A stretch of 64,000 nucleotides of DNA from Chloroflexota bacterium (GCA_026713485.1 JAPOOK010000003.1:4085-68084), one strand, 5' to 3'; shown: positions 9,613-20,193, numbered from the stretch's first letter. The notes: a model not told the origin generated them from the letters alone. A program made the numbers and translations.

Positions 9613-10509
9613 TTAACCGGGGCGCGCCTCGCGCACGCGGCCCGCCATCTCCTGGTCAACTTCCTTTGGCCACGAGCGCTTGTTCGGATCCATGACCTTG
9701 ATGCTGTAGGATCCGATGCCCTCGATTTCGATGGTGCCCGTCTCGCCGTCCTGCAGCGGGCCGATTCCCTGGTGGTTGGTGCCAAGCGCAATAACGTCGC
9801 CGGGCAGCAGTGTCATTACCTTCGTCGCCCACTCGATCAACTCAGGGATCGTGTGCTCCAGGTCGCTCGTGTTGTAGTCGTGGCGTGGCTGATCGTCCAC
9901 CCAGTACTTGATATCAAGCTCGTGAGGGTTTTCGATCTCGTCCGCCGTGACGATGCACGGGCCCATCGGAGCGCACGTGTCATAGGACTTCTGGATCATC
10001 GTCGGCCCGCGGCCGATGCCGGCGCGGGGTGAGACGTCCATGAACGCCGTGTAGCCGAAGATGGAGTCCATCGCCTCCTCTTGCGGCACATGCTTGCTCC
10101 GCTTGCCGATGACGAGCGCCAACTCCGCCTCGTGGTGGCATATGGTGAAGGGCGTGTTTGGCAGTACGACGGTGTCGCCCGGGCCGATGATTGCCTCTGG
10201 CGACTTGAGGAACATGTCGATAGGGAAGGCGTCCCGATCCTGCCCTTCCTTATAGTTGCCGAAACAGCAGATGAGCTTGCGCGGTCGCGGCAGCGGCGCG
10301 CGCAGCTGCACCGTCGATACCGGCACCCCTCCACCGGAATCCGCGATGTCCTCAAGGTCATCGCGCACAGATGCAAAATCCTCAATGAGGTTGATCATCA
10401 CGTCCTCGACGTGAGGCCCCATGTAATCATCCGCCAGCCCGCCCAGCCCGATGACGTTGCCATCGACAAGCAGGCCGGGTCGGAAATCGTTGTACATCAC
10501 CAGTTTCAT
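9613..10509 (-). CDS. Fumarylacetoacetate hydrolase family protein
   Basis: GNY, FLKS, HEAELALVIGK, KSYDT-PMGP, GDVIALGT. Confidence 0.88.
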   Translation of the reverse strand: MKLVMYNDFRPGLLVDGNVIGLGGLADDYMGPHVEDVMINLIEDFASVRDDLEDIADSGGGVPVSTVQLRAPLPRPRKLICCFGNYKEGQDRDAFPIDMFLKSPEAIIGPGDTVVLPNTPFTICHHEAELALVIGKRSKHVPQEEAMDSIFGYTAFMDVSPRAGIGRGPTMIQKSYDTCAPMGPCIVTADEIENPHELDIKYWVDDQPRHDYNTSDLEHTIPELIEWATKVMTLLPGDVIALGTNHQGIGPLQDGETGTIEIEGIGSYSIKVMDPNKRSWPKEVDQEMAGRVREARPG

Positions 10510-10660
10510 TCCCATCCCCCTGTATGCGGTCATTCCGCTGTTAGTTCCGTTGCATCATACCGTGTCCGCGTCCCGCACGCGCCATCACAACCCCGCCCAC
10601 GCCCCTGGCTGTGGTGGAGTACCCTGCACGAACCCCACAACATACGAGGATTCCACGCGG

Positions 10661-10688
10661 TTATGCACTAGATAGACTGTTATGCACT
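10661..10688 (+). promoter_or_regulatory. Two DnaA-box-like direct repeats (TTATGCACT) at the dnaN promoter
   Basis: TTATGCACT at 10661-10669 and 10680-10688, one mismatch to TTWTNCACA; the second abuts a TTGACC -35 (10688-10693) with GATACT 18 bp downstream. Confidence 0.45.
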
Positions 10689-10773
10689 TGACCCAAGTCC
10701 GCTCAACGCGGGATACTCGCACCATATACGGGGGAAGACGGCTCGTTGGCCGTATTTTGGGAGAGACAATTCA

Positions 10774-11913
10774 ATGAAATTCTCGGTTCTCCAGGAGAAT
10801 CTTCAGCGCGGACTCACGACGGTCATGCCGGCGGTGGCAACACGGACAACGATGCCCATTACCACCCACGTCATGCTCCAGGCAGATGAATCCCGTCTGC
10901 GGCTTACCGCGACCAACCTTGAGCTCTCCATCTCCTGCTGGATCAGCGCCAGCGTGGAGACACAGGGCTCAGTGGCAATCCCCGCCCGCCTCTTCTCTGA
11001 CTACGTCTCCTCACTTCAGCGTGATCGTGTTGACCTTGATCTTGATGCGGGAACACGCCAGCTGAATATCATCTCCGGTCGATTCAACACTCATATGAGC
11101 GGGCTGGATGCCGACGATTTTCCGCCCACGCCCGTCGTCGATGACGGTATCAACGCGGAAGTGCCGCCGGATGTCCTGCGCGCGGGTATTGACCGCGTCA
11201 TCATCGCAGCCGCCACGGAGGATTCCCGCCCCGTGCTGACCGGCGTCCACACGTCCATCGAGGGCGACAGCATCACGATGGCCGCGGCGGACGGCTTCCG
11301 TCTCGCCGTTCAAACGACCAAGCTACCGCAAGAGGTCGGCGAAAGCGTCGATCTCATCATCCCTGCCAAATCCCTGCGCGAGCTCAACCGAATGCTGTCC
11401 GAGCAGGAAATGCCTGTCCGCGTCACCGTGAATCAGGCCAAGACGCAGGTCCAGTTCCACCTGAACAACATCGTCCTCGGCTCGCAGCTCATCCAGGGCA
11501 ACTTCCCCAACTATCGGCAGCTCATTCCGGAGTCGTCCAACACGAAAACATCGGTGGAAGTTGCGGACTTTCTCCGCGCCACGAAGACCGCCTCCGTCTT
11601 TGCCAAGGAGGGCAACGGCATCGTCCGCTTGTATATGACTCCCGGCGAGAACGAGATGGCAGGCACCATGCGGCTTGAGGCGCGCTCAGACCAGATCGGC
11701 GATCACGAGGGCGTGATTGATGCCAACATCGGTGGAGAGGAGGCGCACATCGCCTTCAATCACCGCTATTTGGAAGACGTGCTCGGCGTGCTGAACTCCA
11801 CGGCGACGCTTGAAGTCTCAGGCCCCTCCAGCCCGGGCACCATCCGCCCCGCGTCCACGGACGACGGCACGGAATACATCCACGTCGTCATGCCCATGTT
11901 CGTCCAGTGGTAG
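10774..11913 (+). CDS. dnaN: DNA polymerase III beta sliding clamp
   Basis: LTATNLE, SRPVLTGV, AADGFRLA, GNFPNY, IAFNHRY, VVMPM. Confidence 0.96.
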   Translation: MKFSVLQENLQRGLTTVMPAVATRTTMPITTHVMLQADESRLRLTATNLELSISCWISASVETQGSVAIPARLFSDYVSSLQRDRVDLDLDAGTRQLNIISGRFNTHMSGLDADDFPPTPVVDDGINAEVPPDVLRAGIDRVIIAAATEDSRPVLTGVHTSIEGDSITMAAADGFRLAVQTTKLPQEVGESVDLIIPAKSLRELNRMLSEQEMPVRVTVNQAKTQVQFHLNNIVLGSQLIQGNFPNYRQLIPESSNTKTSVEVADFLRATKTASVFAKEGNGIVRLYMTPGENEMAGTMRLEARSDQIGDHEGVIDANIGGEEAHIAFNHRYLEDVLGVLNSTATLEVSGPSSPGTIRPASTDDGTEYIHVVMPMFVQW

Positions 11914-11972
11914 AGCGGTAAAACGGGGCTCATTCCTCTTACGACAGCCCCCTGGCCGAGCCACCCCCGGGT

Positions 11973-12494
11973 CTATAGCGCGAACGGCATCCCCTGTAGG
12001 CCCTTGAGATACCGAATCTCGCCCAGGTGATAGTACGTGTGCCCAATGATGAAAGTCTGAAGCAGGCGTGCCAGCGTCCGATCCGGCCGCTCCTCGTCCA
12101 TCACGCGATCCAGGTCGTCGTCCGTCATACCTTCGAACGCCGCGGGGATTGTCGGCCCAACCTCCGTTCCGTAGGCGCGCAAAAGCTCAAGGCCGGGGCG
12201 AAAGTCGCCAACCTGGTCCGCTGTGAAACCGGTTCCTGTTCCCTCCCCGGCCGGCATGACGAACCTCTCGTGGTAGCCCTGCGCCGTCCAGATCGTCGGC
12301 TTTGGCTCCACGGGGATCGACTCATGGACTGCGTCATCCAGCGTGCGGGTGATGTGCCAGGCGATGAAAGCGATAGTCGTTGCGCCGGGAATCGGAGCGT
12401 AGTAGATGTGCTCCTCCGTCAGCGGTTCCAGTTCACGCAGGAGGCTCGTCTGGATCTCGCGCATCTCCCGGGTCAACACTTGTACGCCGTTCAT
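11973..12494 (-). CDS. DinB-family protein
   Basis: IAFIAWH...HTYYHLGEI metal-binding His pattern. Confidence 0.8.
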   Translation of the reverse strand: MNGVQVLTREMREIQTSLLRELEPLTEEHIYYAPIPGATTIAFIAWHITRTLDDAVHESIPVEPKPTIWTAQGYHERFVMPAGEGTGTGFTADQVGDFRPGLELLRAYGTEVGPTIPAAFEGMTDDDLDRVMDEERPDRTLARLLQTFIIGHTYYHLGEIRYLKGLQGMPFAL

Positions 12495-12512
12495 TACCTC
12501 ACCCCCGACTGA

Positions 12513-13661
12513 CTAGCGGAACGTGTTCTTGATCCAGTCCATGAGACCGCTGCCTTCGCGCTCGCCACCGCTCCCGTTCTCAGGCGCGGCCGGCAGAGTC
12601 GACGCTAGCTGCTCCAACAGTTGTCGCTGTTCATCAGTAAGTTGATCGGGCACGTGGACGGACGCAACCACAAAGAGGTCGCCGCGTGCGCGCTGATTCT
12701 TCGGATCGACAACGCCGCGGCCCTTAATCCTGAATGACTGCCCGGACTGCACCCCCGCCGGAATATGGAAAGGCTCGTCACCCTCCAGTGTGGGGATCGT
12801 GATTTCCGCCCCGAGCGCTGCCTGTGCGATATTGACGGGCACGCGGTGGAACAAGTGCCGTCCCTCCCGCTCAAACAGGGTGCTTGGCTTCACGTCCAAC
12901 TCGATATACAGATCCCCGGGCGGCCCGCCGTTTGCGCCGGCCTCACCCTCGCCGCCGAGACGAATCCGGTTGCCCGTGTCCACCCCCGGCGGCACGGTGA
13001 CGCGCACAGAGAGTTCTCGCTTGATCCGCCCGGCGCCATGGCACTCAGAGCATGGGTTCGTGATGACCTTGCCCTCGCCGTGGCACCGTCCGCAGGCGCT
13101 GATGTTCACGTACTGGCCGAAGATGCTCTGTTGGCTGCGACGAATCTCTCCGGACCCGTTGCAAGCGGAGCACGCCTCAGGCTGCGTGCCGGGTTCTGCC
13201 CCCCCGCCATTGCACGTCTGGCACAGCTCATTGCGAGAAACCTTGATGTCCTTCTCAACGCCACGGACCGCGTCCTCAAACGGCAGCTGCATCCGCATGG
13301 CGAGGTCATCGCCTCGCTGCGGTCCGCCGCGCCGCCCCTGACGCCCGCGTGCCCCGCCGAAGAACGCGTCAAAGATGTCGCCAAAGCCGCCGAATCCGGA
13401 GAACGCGTCTCCGTTGGCAAACCCGTCCGCGCCGTTCAGACCCGCGTGGCCGAAACGGTCATACGCGGCCCGTTTGCGTTCATCGCGCAGGACCTCGTAC
13501 GCCTCATTGATCTCCTTGAACTTCCGCTCTGCGTCCGCGGAACGATTGCGGTCCGGGTGGTGCTCAAAGGCGAGCCGCCGGAACGCCCGCTTCACATCCT
13601 CCGGGGATGCATCGCGCGCCAGCCCAAGAACGTCGTAATAGTCTTTTTTGTTCGTTGTCAT
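12513..13661 (-). CDS. dnaJ: Molecular chaperone DnaJ
   Basis: J domain with HPD, G/F region, four CxxCxGxG repeats, C-terminal domain. Confidence 0.97.
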   Translation of the reverse strand: MTTNKKDYYDVLGLARDASPEDVKRAFRRLAFEHHPDRNRSADAERKFKEINEAYEVLRDERKRAAYDRFGHAGLNGADGFANGDAFSGFGGFGDIFDAFFGGARGRQGRRGGPQRGDDLAMRMQLPFEDAVRGVEKDIKVSRNELCQTCNGGGAEPGTQPEACSACNGSGEIRRSQQSIFGQYVNISACGRCHGEGKVITNPCSECHGAGRIKRELSVRVTVPPGVDTGNRIRLGGEGEAGANGGPPGDLYIELDVKPSTLFEREGRHLFHRVPVNIAQAALGAEITIPTLEGDEPFHIPAGVQSGQSFRIKGRGVVDPKNQRARGDLFVVASVHVPDQLTDEQRQLLEQLASTLPAAPENGSGGEREGSGLMDWIKNTFR

Positions 13662-13788
13662 GGCAGTAAAGCAGGAGTTGATCCGTGACGCCGCAGCACC
13701 CTCACCACATACGCCGCAACGCCGGCTGGGTCAGTTCCTCCAGTGTATACCACGCACGAATCTGTGGATTGGTCTGGCAGGTTGGCGC

Positions 13789-14517
13789 CTAGTCCTCGCC
13801 CTCCGGCACCAACTCGTGCTTCTTGTGAAAGATGCCGTACCCGATGATGATCAGCCACACGCCGCCCAGGGAGAGCAGTAAGTTGCTGATGGAGAGCAGC
13901 ACCCCAAAATCAACGTCGTGCAGGTGCTGGATCAGCACCAGGTTAATGACTTCCGCCACGCCCTTGAGTGCCAGCCCATACCCCGCAAGGACGAACAGAT
14001 TGAATTCCTGGAATCTCACTGCCACCCCGAGTCCGACGAGAATGCTGGCCACCGAGCCCAGCGCAAGGAATCCGAAGTGGACGCCAACCGTTGCCGCAAG
14101 AAGAGTCAGGCCCACGTCATCGCGCGTCGCCTGATCCATCCCCGGATACACGCCGTGCGTGATGACGTGTATTGCCATGTGCCGCATTCCCATCTCAATG
14201 ATGTAGATGCCCCAGGCGAAGATGGTTATGCCAACCCCAACCCGCAGCGCCATATCGGCAAGACCGGGCTTGCGCGGCAGACGCAGCAAGGACCACAACC
14301 CGAACGCCATCAGGATGATCCCAAGCATGGTGATGATGCCGGTCACATGTGTCAGGCTGTCGCTCTCCTTCCACACGTTCAGCAGGGCAAGGAAATCCGA
14401 TTGCTGGACACTGTCGATCAAGACTCCGCCGGGGGAAAACAACGTAGCTATAAACACCAGGATCATACCGACCATAAGTGCCAGGCCCGCAAATTGACTC
14501 GTTGACAGGGAATTCAT
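13789..14517 (-). CDS. Multi-pass membrane protein of unknown function
   Basis: About six hydrophobic segments; ATG at 14517 with GGAGG SD. Confidence 0.75.
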   Translation of the reverse strand: MNSLSTSQFAGLALMVGMILVFIATLFSPGGVLIDSVQQSDFLALLNVWKESDSLTHVTGIITMLGIILMAFGLWSLLRLPRKPGLADMALRVGVGITIFAWGIYIIEMGMRHMAIHVITHGVYPGMDQATRDDVGLTLLAATVGVHFGFLALGSVASILVGLGVAVRFQEFNLFVLAGYGLALKGVAEVINLVLIQHLHDVDFGVLLSISNLLLSLGGVWLIIIGYGIFHKKHELVPEGED

Positions 14518-14679
14518 ATGGCCTCCTAACAACGTTGCTGCACGGATCGGCTCACTGAGACAACAGTATCATCTGGGCTAAAGGAGTAAGTAGGTAGTTG
14601 ACAGAAGATGTGGCTGATAGTGATACCGACCTCGCGAAGAGGGCTTAGATGCTGAAAAGGATTAGTTGCCCCGAAATGC

Positions 14680-14922
14680 TCAGAGGCTATTTCGCCACTC
14701 GTCGAACGCCGCAACGTCCTCCGGCGACGCGTGCCGGATCAATGACATCAAACGATTCATAGCGGTAACCAACTCCTGCGCGTACGTGTCGCCGGAGTCC
14801 CCGTTCTTCAGCGGCGGCCTTTCAAGCCCGGATCGCAGCGAGTTCACCCGCTCCTGCGCCGCCTTTAGTGCCCGCAGCTGCGGCGAGTCTCCGCCCCCGG
14901 CCTCATGCTCCGGCGTGCTCAT
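14680..14922 (-). CDS. Hypothetical small helical protein
   Basis: 80-aa ORF downstream of and co-directional with the MBL gene; plausible amphipathic helices. Confidence 0.55.
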   Translation of the reverse strand: MSTPEHEAGGGDSPQLRALKAAQERVNSLRSGLERPPLKNGDSGDTYAQELVTAMNRLMSLIRHASPEDVAAFDEWRNSL

Positions 14923-14954
14923 GGCGTCGTTGATACCCGCTGGTCCTGCCGCGC

Positions 14955-15599
14955 CTATGACAGGTTGATCCGCGCCCCATCGCCGACGAACGGATTATGC
15001 CGCTTCTCGTCGTTGATCGTGGACACCTCCATGTGACCGGGTAGTACCCGCGTCTCCGGCGCCAGCGTATACAGGTGTGTCTCGATCGACTTGACGATCT
15101 CCGGCATCGATCCGCCGGGGAAATCCGTCCGACCGATGGAACCCTGGAAGAGCGTATCGCCCGTCAGCACTGCGTCCTCGTAGACGAAGCAGCTGCTCCC
15201 GGGAGTATGACCCGGCGTGTGCAGCACGCGGATCGCCGTCGTGCCCAACACCAGCTCCTGCTCGTGCTCAAGGTAGGCGTCCGCTATCGGAGAGGGCATC
15301 TCCGGCTTGCCCAGCCACCCGTCTCCCTCTGCCAGAGCCTCCAGCATGGCCTCATCCGGCTCGCCGATCATCAGTGCAGCGTCGGCTCCGTCCATTGCCA
15401 GCCCGTTGTCGAAGGTGTGGTCGGAATGGCCGTGCGTATTCAGCACATACTTGGGCAGCAAGCCATGCGACTTCATCCACACCAGCACCGGCCCCGTCCC
15501 CTTGGCCGGATCGACGATAGCCGCCTCCTTCGACGCCTCATCAAACACGATGTACGTGTTATTCCCCATCGGTCCCACAACGAATCTCTGAATAGGCAT
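14955..15599 (-). CDS. MBL-fold metallo-hydrolase (glyoxalase II-like)
   Basis: THGHSDH, HTPGHTPG, TGDTLF-GRTD, PGH; start at MPIQRF. Confidence 0.9.
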   Translation of the reverse strand: MPIQRFVVGPMGNNTYIVFDEASKEAAIVDPAKGTGPVLVWMKSHGLLPKYVLNTHGHSDHTFDNGLAMDGADAALMIGEPDEAMLEALAEGDGWLGKPEMPSPIADAYLEHEQELVLGTTAIRVLHTPGHTPGSSCFVYEDAVLTGDTLFQGSIGRTDFPGGSMPEIVKSIETHLYTLAPETRVLPGHMEVSTINDEKRHNPFVGDGARINLS

Positions 15600-15709
15600 A
15601 CAACTCACTCCCCAATCTCGATAGTGAAATTGTATCGCGCCACGGAACCATGAGCCCCCTTCGTCGAGAAAGAAACGAGGCGACACAGGTGCGTTACAAT
15701 ACCTCGGCC

Positions 15710-16699
15710 ATGGCCGTCTCTGTAGCCCGACCATCCAGACTGCGACTCCGCCGCCCCAGCGCCGAGGCCCTGGTCTGGATCTTGACCGCAGCCCTCCTTC
15801 TCACCGGCTCTCTCACGCCGGAACCCAACGCCGACATGCTGAGAGACGTCGGCTGGGGCATCCTGAGAATTTTGCCCGTCCTCGCCATAGCCTCCTTGCT
15901 CGCAGGTGCATTGACCCTCGGCAACTGGTCGGATCGAGCCCTCACGTGGGTGAACGGCGGCACCGCCCGTTCCGTATTGGTAGCCAGCCTCATCGGGGCA
16001 GTTACCCCGGTATGCGGCCTCGGTGTTCTTCCGCTCATCGCCTCCCTGCTACGTCGTGGAGTCCCACTCGCCCCCATCATGGCCTTCTGGGTGGCGTCAC
16101 CTGTCACCGATCCCAGCATGATGATCGTCACGGGAGGCATAATCGGCGTCGACTTCGCCATAGCGAAGACTATCGCCGCATTCTGCATCGGCCTGTTCGC
16201 GGGCATCGTCACGGCCGCCCTCCCCGGCTTCCGGGGCTCGGCCCATGACCTTATGCGCGCCGAAGCCCTTGAGCAATGTGAGACTAACGAAGCCGGCCGC
16301 TCTCAATTCTGGCCGGAGGTCGTCAGCAACTCCCGCCTCGTCCTCCGTTGGCTCGCCCTGGCCCTCGTCCTGGAGGTCTTTCTCCAGAGACTGGTCCCCG
16401 GCGAGTGGATCATGTCCCTCTTTGGTTCGGATGCCGGCGCATCCGTACCCCTTGCAGTCATGGTCGGAGCGCCCATGTACCTGGACGGCTACGCCGCGCT
16501 CCCCCTCGTACGCGGTCTCCTGGAAATGGGAATGAGCTTCGGCGCAGCCCTGGCCCTCATGGTCTCCGGCGCAGCCATCAGCCTCTACGCTGCTGTCGCC
16601 GTTGTCTCAGTTGTCCGCGCCCGAGTCTTCGCCCTCTACATCATCCTCGCCCTCATAGGCGCAACCATGGTCGGCTACACCGCCAACCTCGTCGTCTAG
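15710..16699 (+). CDS. Predicted permease (ArsP/DUF318-like)
   Basis: GAVTPVCG..VLP..L..RGVPLAPIMAFWVASP and GAPMYL..YAALP motifs; multi-TM. Confidence 0.8.
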   Translation: MAVSVARPSRLRLRRPSAEALVWILTAALLLTGSLTPEPNADMLRDVGWGILRILPVLAIASLLAGALTLGNWSDRALTWVNGGTARSVLVASLIGAVTPVCGLGVLPLIASLLRRGVPLAPIMAFWVASPVTDPSMMIVTGGIIGVDFAIAKTIAAFCIGLFAGIVTAALPGFRGSAHDLMRAEALEQCETNEAGRSQFWPEVVSNSRLVLRWLALALVLEVFLQRLVPGEWIMSLFGSDAGASVPLAVMVGAPMYLDGYAALPLVRGLLEMGMSFGAALALMVSGAAISLYAAVAVVSVVRARVFALYIILALIGATMVGYTANLVV

Positions 16700-16708
16700 G
16701 CCCCCAAG

Positions 16709-17008
16709 TCACCCCATCCCCACAACCTCCACCACGTGCGGCATGACCTCCGCGTCCGGGCGTGAGGTGTAGACGTACTCAGCGACGTTGTCCAACGTCC
16801 GACGGCACCCCGCCTCCGCCTGCCCCACGCATGACACGCCCAACAACGCCATGCGCGGCGAATCGTGTTCGCCAACCTCGCTGATGGAGACGTTGTAGCG
16901 GCGTTTGACGCGTTCGATGACGCTCTTGACCACCTGCCGCTTGTCCTTCAACGAACTCGCCTCATGCAGGCGCAACTCAAGAACGGTGTAACCGACAACG
17001 ATGGCCAT
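16709..17008 (-). CDS. DUF503 (YlxP-like) protein
   Basis: SLKDKRQVVKS...YNVSISEV signature. Confidence 0.88.
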   Translation of the reverse strand: MAIVVGYTVLELRLHEASSLKDKRQVVKSVIERVKRRYNVSISEVGEHDSPRMALLGVSCVGQAEAGCRRTLDNVAEYVYTSRPDAEVMPHVVEVVGMG

Positions 17009-17049
17009 GGGCCAAATGTTAAGACGCGAGGCTCTTAAGTTAAGCCGCG

Positions 17050-19698
17050 CTAGACGTCCAGGTTTTGGACCTCCTGCGCGTGCGTCCGGATGAAGTTCGC
17101 CCGAGGCCGGACCTCTTCGCCCATCAGCATCTCGAACAACTCTGCGGCCTGCTGCGCGTCCTCAATCTCAACCTTGAACAGCGTCCGTGATTCCGGGTCC
17201 AGCGTGGTCTCCCACAACTGCGTGGGGTTCATCTCTCCCAGACCCTTGTACCGCTGGATGCCCACGCCCCGCGTCGACACGTCCTCAACGATCTCCGTGA
17301 GGTCGATCATCGAGTTCAGCCGTCCCACAGCGCGCTCCCGCTTGTACACCGTCCCAACCCTGGGCAGGTGATCGCTGAGCGCCGTGGCCAGCTCCGTCAT
17401 TCGTTGCGCCGCGTCCTCGTTGAAGAAATCGTGATCAAGTCGCAGCGTGCGGCCGCTCTCCGTATCCTGAATCAGGATGTACGTCTCGTTCTTGGCAGGG
17501 AATGTGGTATCCGCGTCAACATCGTCCGTTGATGCCTCGTCCTGCGCCTCGGTGGGCTCGCCTCCGAAATCGAGCAGCGACGGCTGCTGCGCGTCCGGCA
17601 TCCCGGTGGGCGTCGTTGGCGCGGGCGGCGGCGCGATGGGCGTATCGTCGTACTGGAACTCCAGGATCCGCACATTGCCCAGGTCCTGAAGCGCCCGCAT
17701 CAGCTCCTGCAGCGTCTCTTCGGTGGAAAGATCACGCTCGCCCGTGCGCACGGTCAGCGCCGTCGCCGTCAGCAGCGGCCACGGATAGCCCGTCGACTGC
17801 AGGTCGTTCATTGCCCGCCCCAGCCGTTGTACGGACGGCAGCACGTCTCGCACCTGCGCCTCCGTGTAGAGGATCTCCGTGTCTTGTTCCGAGCTCTCGC
17901 GGATCGTCAGGTCTTTGAGCGCCTGGTTGGTCAGCGTGTCGTTCTTCTCCTGGTCTGAATACAGCCAGTGAATGTCATTGCGGCCGATTTGTACGCGGTA
18001 CAGGGGGGGCTGCGCGATGTAGATATTGCCCGCGCGGAGCAGTGGCTGGAAATGCCGATAGAACAGCGTCAGCAGCAGGGTGCGGATATGCGCCCCGTCC
18101 ACGTCCGCGTCCGTCATGATGATGACCTTCTTGTAGCGCAGCTTGGAGAGGTCCAGACCGTCGTTCTCGTCGATCTCTGCCTCTTCTGCGCCGTTGCCGT
18201 TCCCATTCGCGTGGCCGTTGATGCCGCCGAAACCGACGCCCAACGCCGACGCGATGGCCTTGATCTCTTCGTGGCCGTACACCTTGTCGAGCCGTGCCTT
18301 TTGAACGTTCAGGATCTTGCCGCGCAGGGGCAGGATGGCCTGGAAGCGCCGATCACGCCCGCCCTTGGCGGAACCGCCGGCGGAATCACCTTCAACGAGG
18401 AAGATCTCGCAATTGTCGGGATTCTTGTCGGAGCAGTCGGCCAGCTTGCCGGGGAGGGTGGTGGACTCAAGCAGGCCCTTGCGCTGCACGCTCTCCTTGG
18501 CCTTGCGCGCGGCTTCCCGCGCGACGGCGGTATTCCTGCACTTCTCCAGGATGCGACGCGCGTCCTGCGGATGCTCCTCCAGGTACGTGGACAGACCCTC
18601 GGCCAACGTGCTCTCAACCTGGTTCTTTACCTCCGCGTTGCCCAGCTTGCCCTTGGTCTGTCCCTCGAACTGCGGCTCAGCAAGCTTGACGCTGATAACT
18701 GCCGCGATGCCTTCGCGCACGTCCTCGCCCTGCAGGTTGCTGTCGCCGTCCTTGATGAGCTTGAACTTGCGGCCATAGTCATTCATCGCGCGGGTCAACG
18801 CCGCGCGGAAACCGGTCAGGTGCGTCCCGCCGTCCACCGTGTGGATGCAGTTTGCAAATCCGAAAACGTTCTCCTGGAAACCGTCGTTGTACTGGAGAGC
18901 AACCTCGACGTGTGTGCCGTCGATGTCCCTCTCCACGTAGATGGGCGTTTGGTGCATTGCCGTCCGCGCCGAGTTCATGTGGCGCACCAGCGATTGGATC
19001 CCGCCCTCGAAATAGAAAGTCGTCTCGTTCTCCGTCCGCTCATCGACGAAACGAATCTCCAGCCCCGGGTTCAGGTACGCCATCTCCCGGAACCGCGCCG
19101 CCAGCGTGGGGAACTCAAACGACGTGTCCTGCATGAAAATCTGCGGGTCCGGCCTGAACCAGACCGTGGTGCCCGTATCGTCCGCAGGGCCGATGGGCTC
19201 AACCGGCGCCACCGCGTCGCCCCGCGAGTATTCCTGCATGTATGTCTTCCCGTCGCGCCGCACCTCCGCCCGCAGGCTTTCCGCGAGCGCATTCACGACC
19301 GACGCGCCGACGCCGTGCAGTCCGCCGGACACCTTGTACCCGCCGCCGCCGAACTTGCCGCCCGCGTGCAGCGTGGTCATCACGGTCTCGAGGCCGGTCA
19401 GGCCCGTCTGCGGATGCTTGTCAATCGGCACGCCGCGACCGTTGTCGTCGATGCGCGCTGAGCCATCAGCAAGAATTGTCACGATAATACGATCGCAGTA
19501 GCCCGCCATCGCCTCGTCGACGGCATTGTCGACGATCTCATAGATCAGGTGGTGCAAGCCCCGCTCATCGGTGGAGCCGATGTACATGCCGGGGCGGCGG
19601 CGCACCGCCTCAAGCCCCTCGAGGACCTCGATATTGCGTGACGTGTACTCGGACGTGTCAGTCGCGGCTGCATCGCGCCGTTCCGACCGTTCTACCAT
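17050..19698 (-). CDS. gyrB: DNA gyrase subunit B with large C-terminal-region insert
   Basis: GHKL motifs (EIVDNAVDE, DNGRG, GGKFG, GGLHGVG), EGDSAGG, PLRGK, MTDADVDG, QRYKGLGEM. Confidence 0.95.
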   Translation of the reverse strand: MVERSERRDAAATDTSEYTSRNIEVLEGLEAVRRRPGMYIGSTDERGLHHLIYEIVDNAVDEAMAGYCDRIIVTILADGSARIDDNGRGVPIDKHPQTGLTGLETVMTTLHAGGKFGGGGYKVSGGLHGVGASVVNALAESLRAEVRRDGKTYMQEYSRGDAVAPVEPIGPADDTGTTVWFRPDPQIFMQDTSFEFPTLAARFREMAYLNPGLEIRFVDERTENETTFYFEGGIQSLVRHMNSARTAMHQTPIYVERDIDGTHVEVALQYNDGFQENVFGFANCIHTVDGGTHLTGFRAALTRAMNDYGRKFKLIKDGDSNLQGEDVREGIAAVISVKLAEPQFEGQTKGKLGNAEVKNQVESTLAEGLSTYLEEHPQDARRILEKCRNTAVAREAARKAKESVQRKGLLESTTLPGKLADCSDKNPDNCEIFLVEGDSAGGSAKGGRDRRFQAILPLRGKILNVQKARLDKVYGHEEIKAIASALGVGFGGINGHANGNGNGAEEAEIDENDGLDLSKLRYKKVIIMTDADVDGAHIRTLLLTLFYRHFQPLLRAGNIYIAQPPLYRVQIGRNDIHWLYSDQEKNDTLTNQALKDLTIRESSEQDTEILYTEAQVRDVLPSVQRLGRAMNDLQSTGYPWPLLTATALTVRTGERDLSTEETLQELMRALQDLGNVRILEFQYDDTPIAPPPAPTTPTGMPDAQQPSLLDFGGEPTEAQDEASTDDVDADTTFPAKNETYILIQDTESGRTLRLDHDFFNEDAAQRMTELATALSDHLPRVGTVYKRERAVGRLNSMIDLTEIVEDVSTRGVGIQRYKGLGEMNPTQLWETTLDPESRTLFKVEIEDAQQAAELFEMLMGEEVRPRANFIRTHAQEVQNLDV

Positions 19699-20089
19699 CT
19701 AGTTCACCCCTTTAGTGAGCGGCAATAATGCGAGTCCAGGGTGGTCGCAGGTTCACTATATGTACGTTGCCTATATGCGTACCGCGAACCGCCGCGTCTG
19801 TCGCCTGCCTCTTCCCGCGCCTTTGCGTCCGATCCACACCCTTCCGCAGAGCCGGTTCAGATACGTGTCCACGCCTGTCGTAGATACGGCCGCTACCTGC
19901 ATCTATTCTACCAGAAATTCAGATTCCGTTCAGAAAAGAGCAAGGCTGGCAGGATACCACAAGAACGACGTGCCCACGCCGCCCACGGGCATGCTCTTAA
20001 CGCTTCGCCTGACATCCCGGCGACCGCCGCCGCCCGCGTTCACCCAGAGCGCAGGGAAGGAGTCAAAGCCTCGCGTGTGTCCCACCGCC

Positions 20090-20114
20090 GTCATTCCCGC
20101 GAAAACGGGAATCT
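20090..20114. repeat. dRS3/REP-like palindrome GTC-ATTCCC-N8-GGGAAT (family B)
   Basis: gtcattcccgcgaaaacgggaatct; related copies at 34463, 44683, 44748. Confidence 0.7.
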
Positions 20115-20159
20115 TGAACACGGGGTGCAACCGGCGCCGGAATCGCCAACCGTAGGCTG

Positions 20160-20193
20160 CCCTCTCTTGTCGAGAGAGGGCGAGGGTGAGGGG
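20160..20193. repeat. REP-like palindrome (family A)
   Basis: ccctctcttgtcgagagagggcgagggtgagggg. Confidence 0.55.

Noticed and set aside
12765-13688. 307-aa ORF antisense to dnaJ
   Set aside because: Antisense shadow of a conserved gene
17270-17935. Possible intein in GyrB
   Set aside because: No Cys/Ser start block, no His-Asn end and no LAGLIDADG motifs
17968-19461. 497-aa ORF antisense to gyrB
   Set aside because: Shadow ORF typical of high-GC codon bias; no recognisable motifs and fully overlaps a conserved gene
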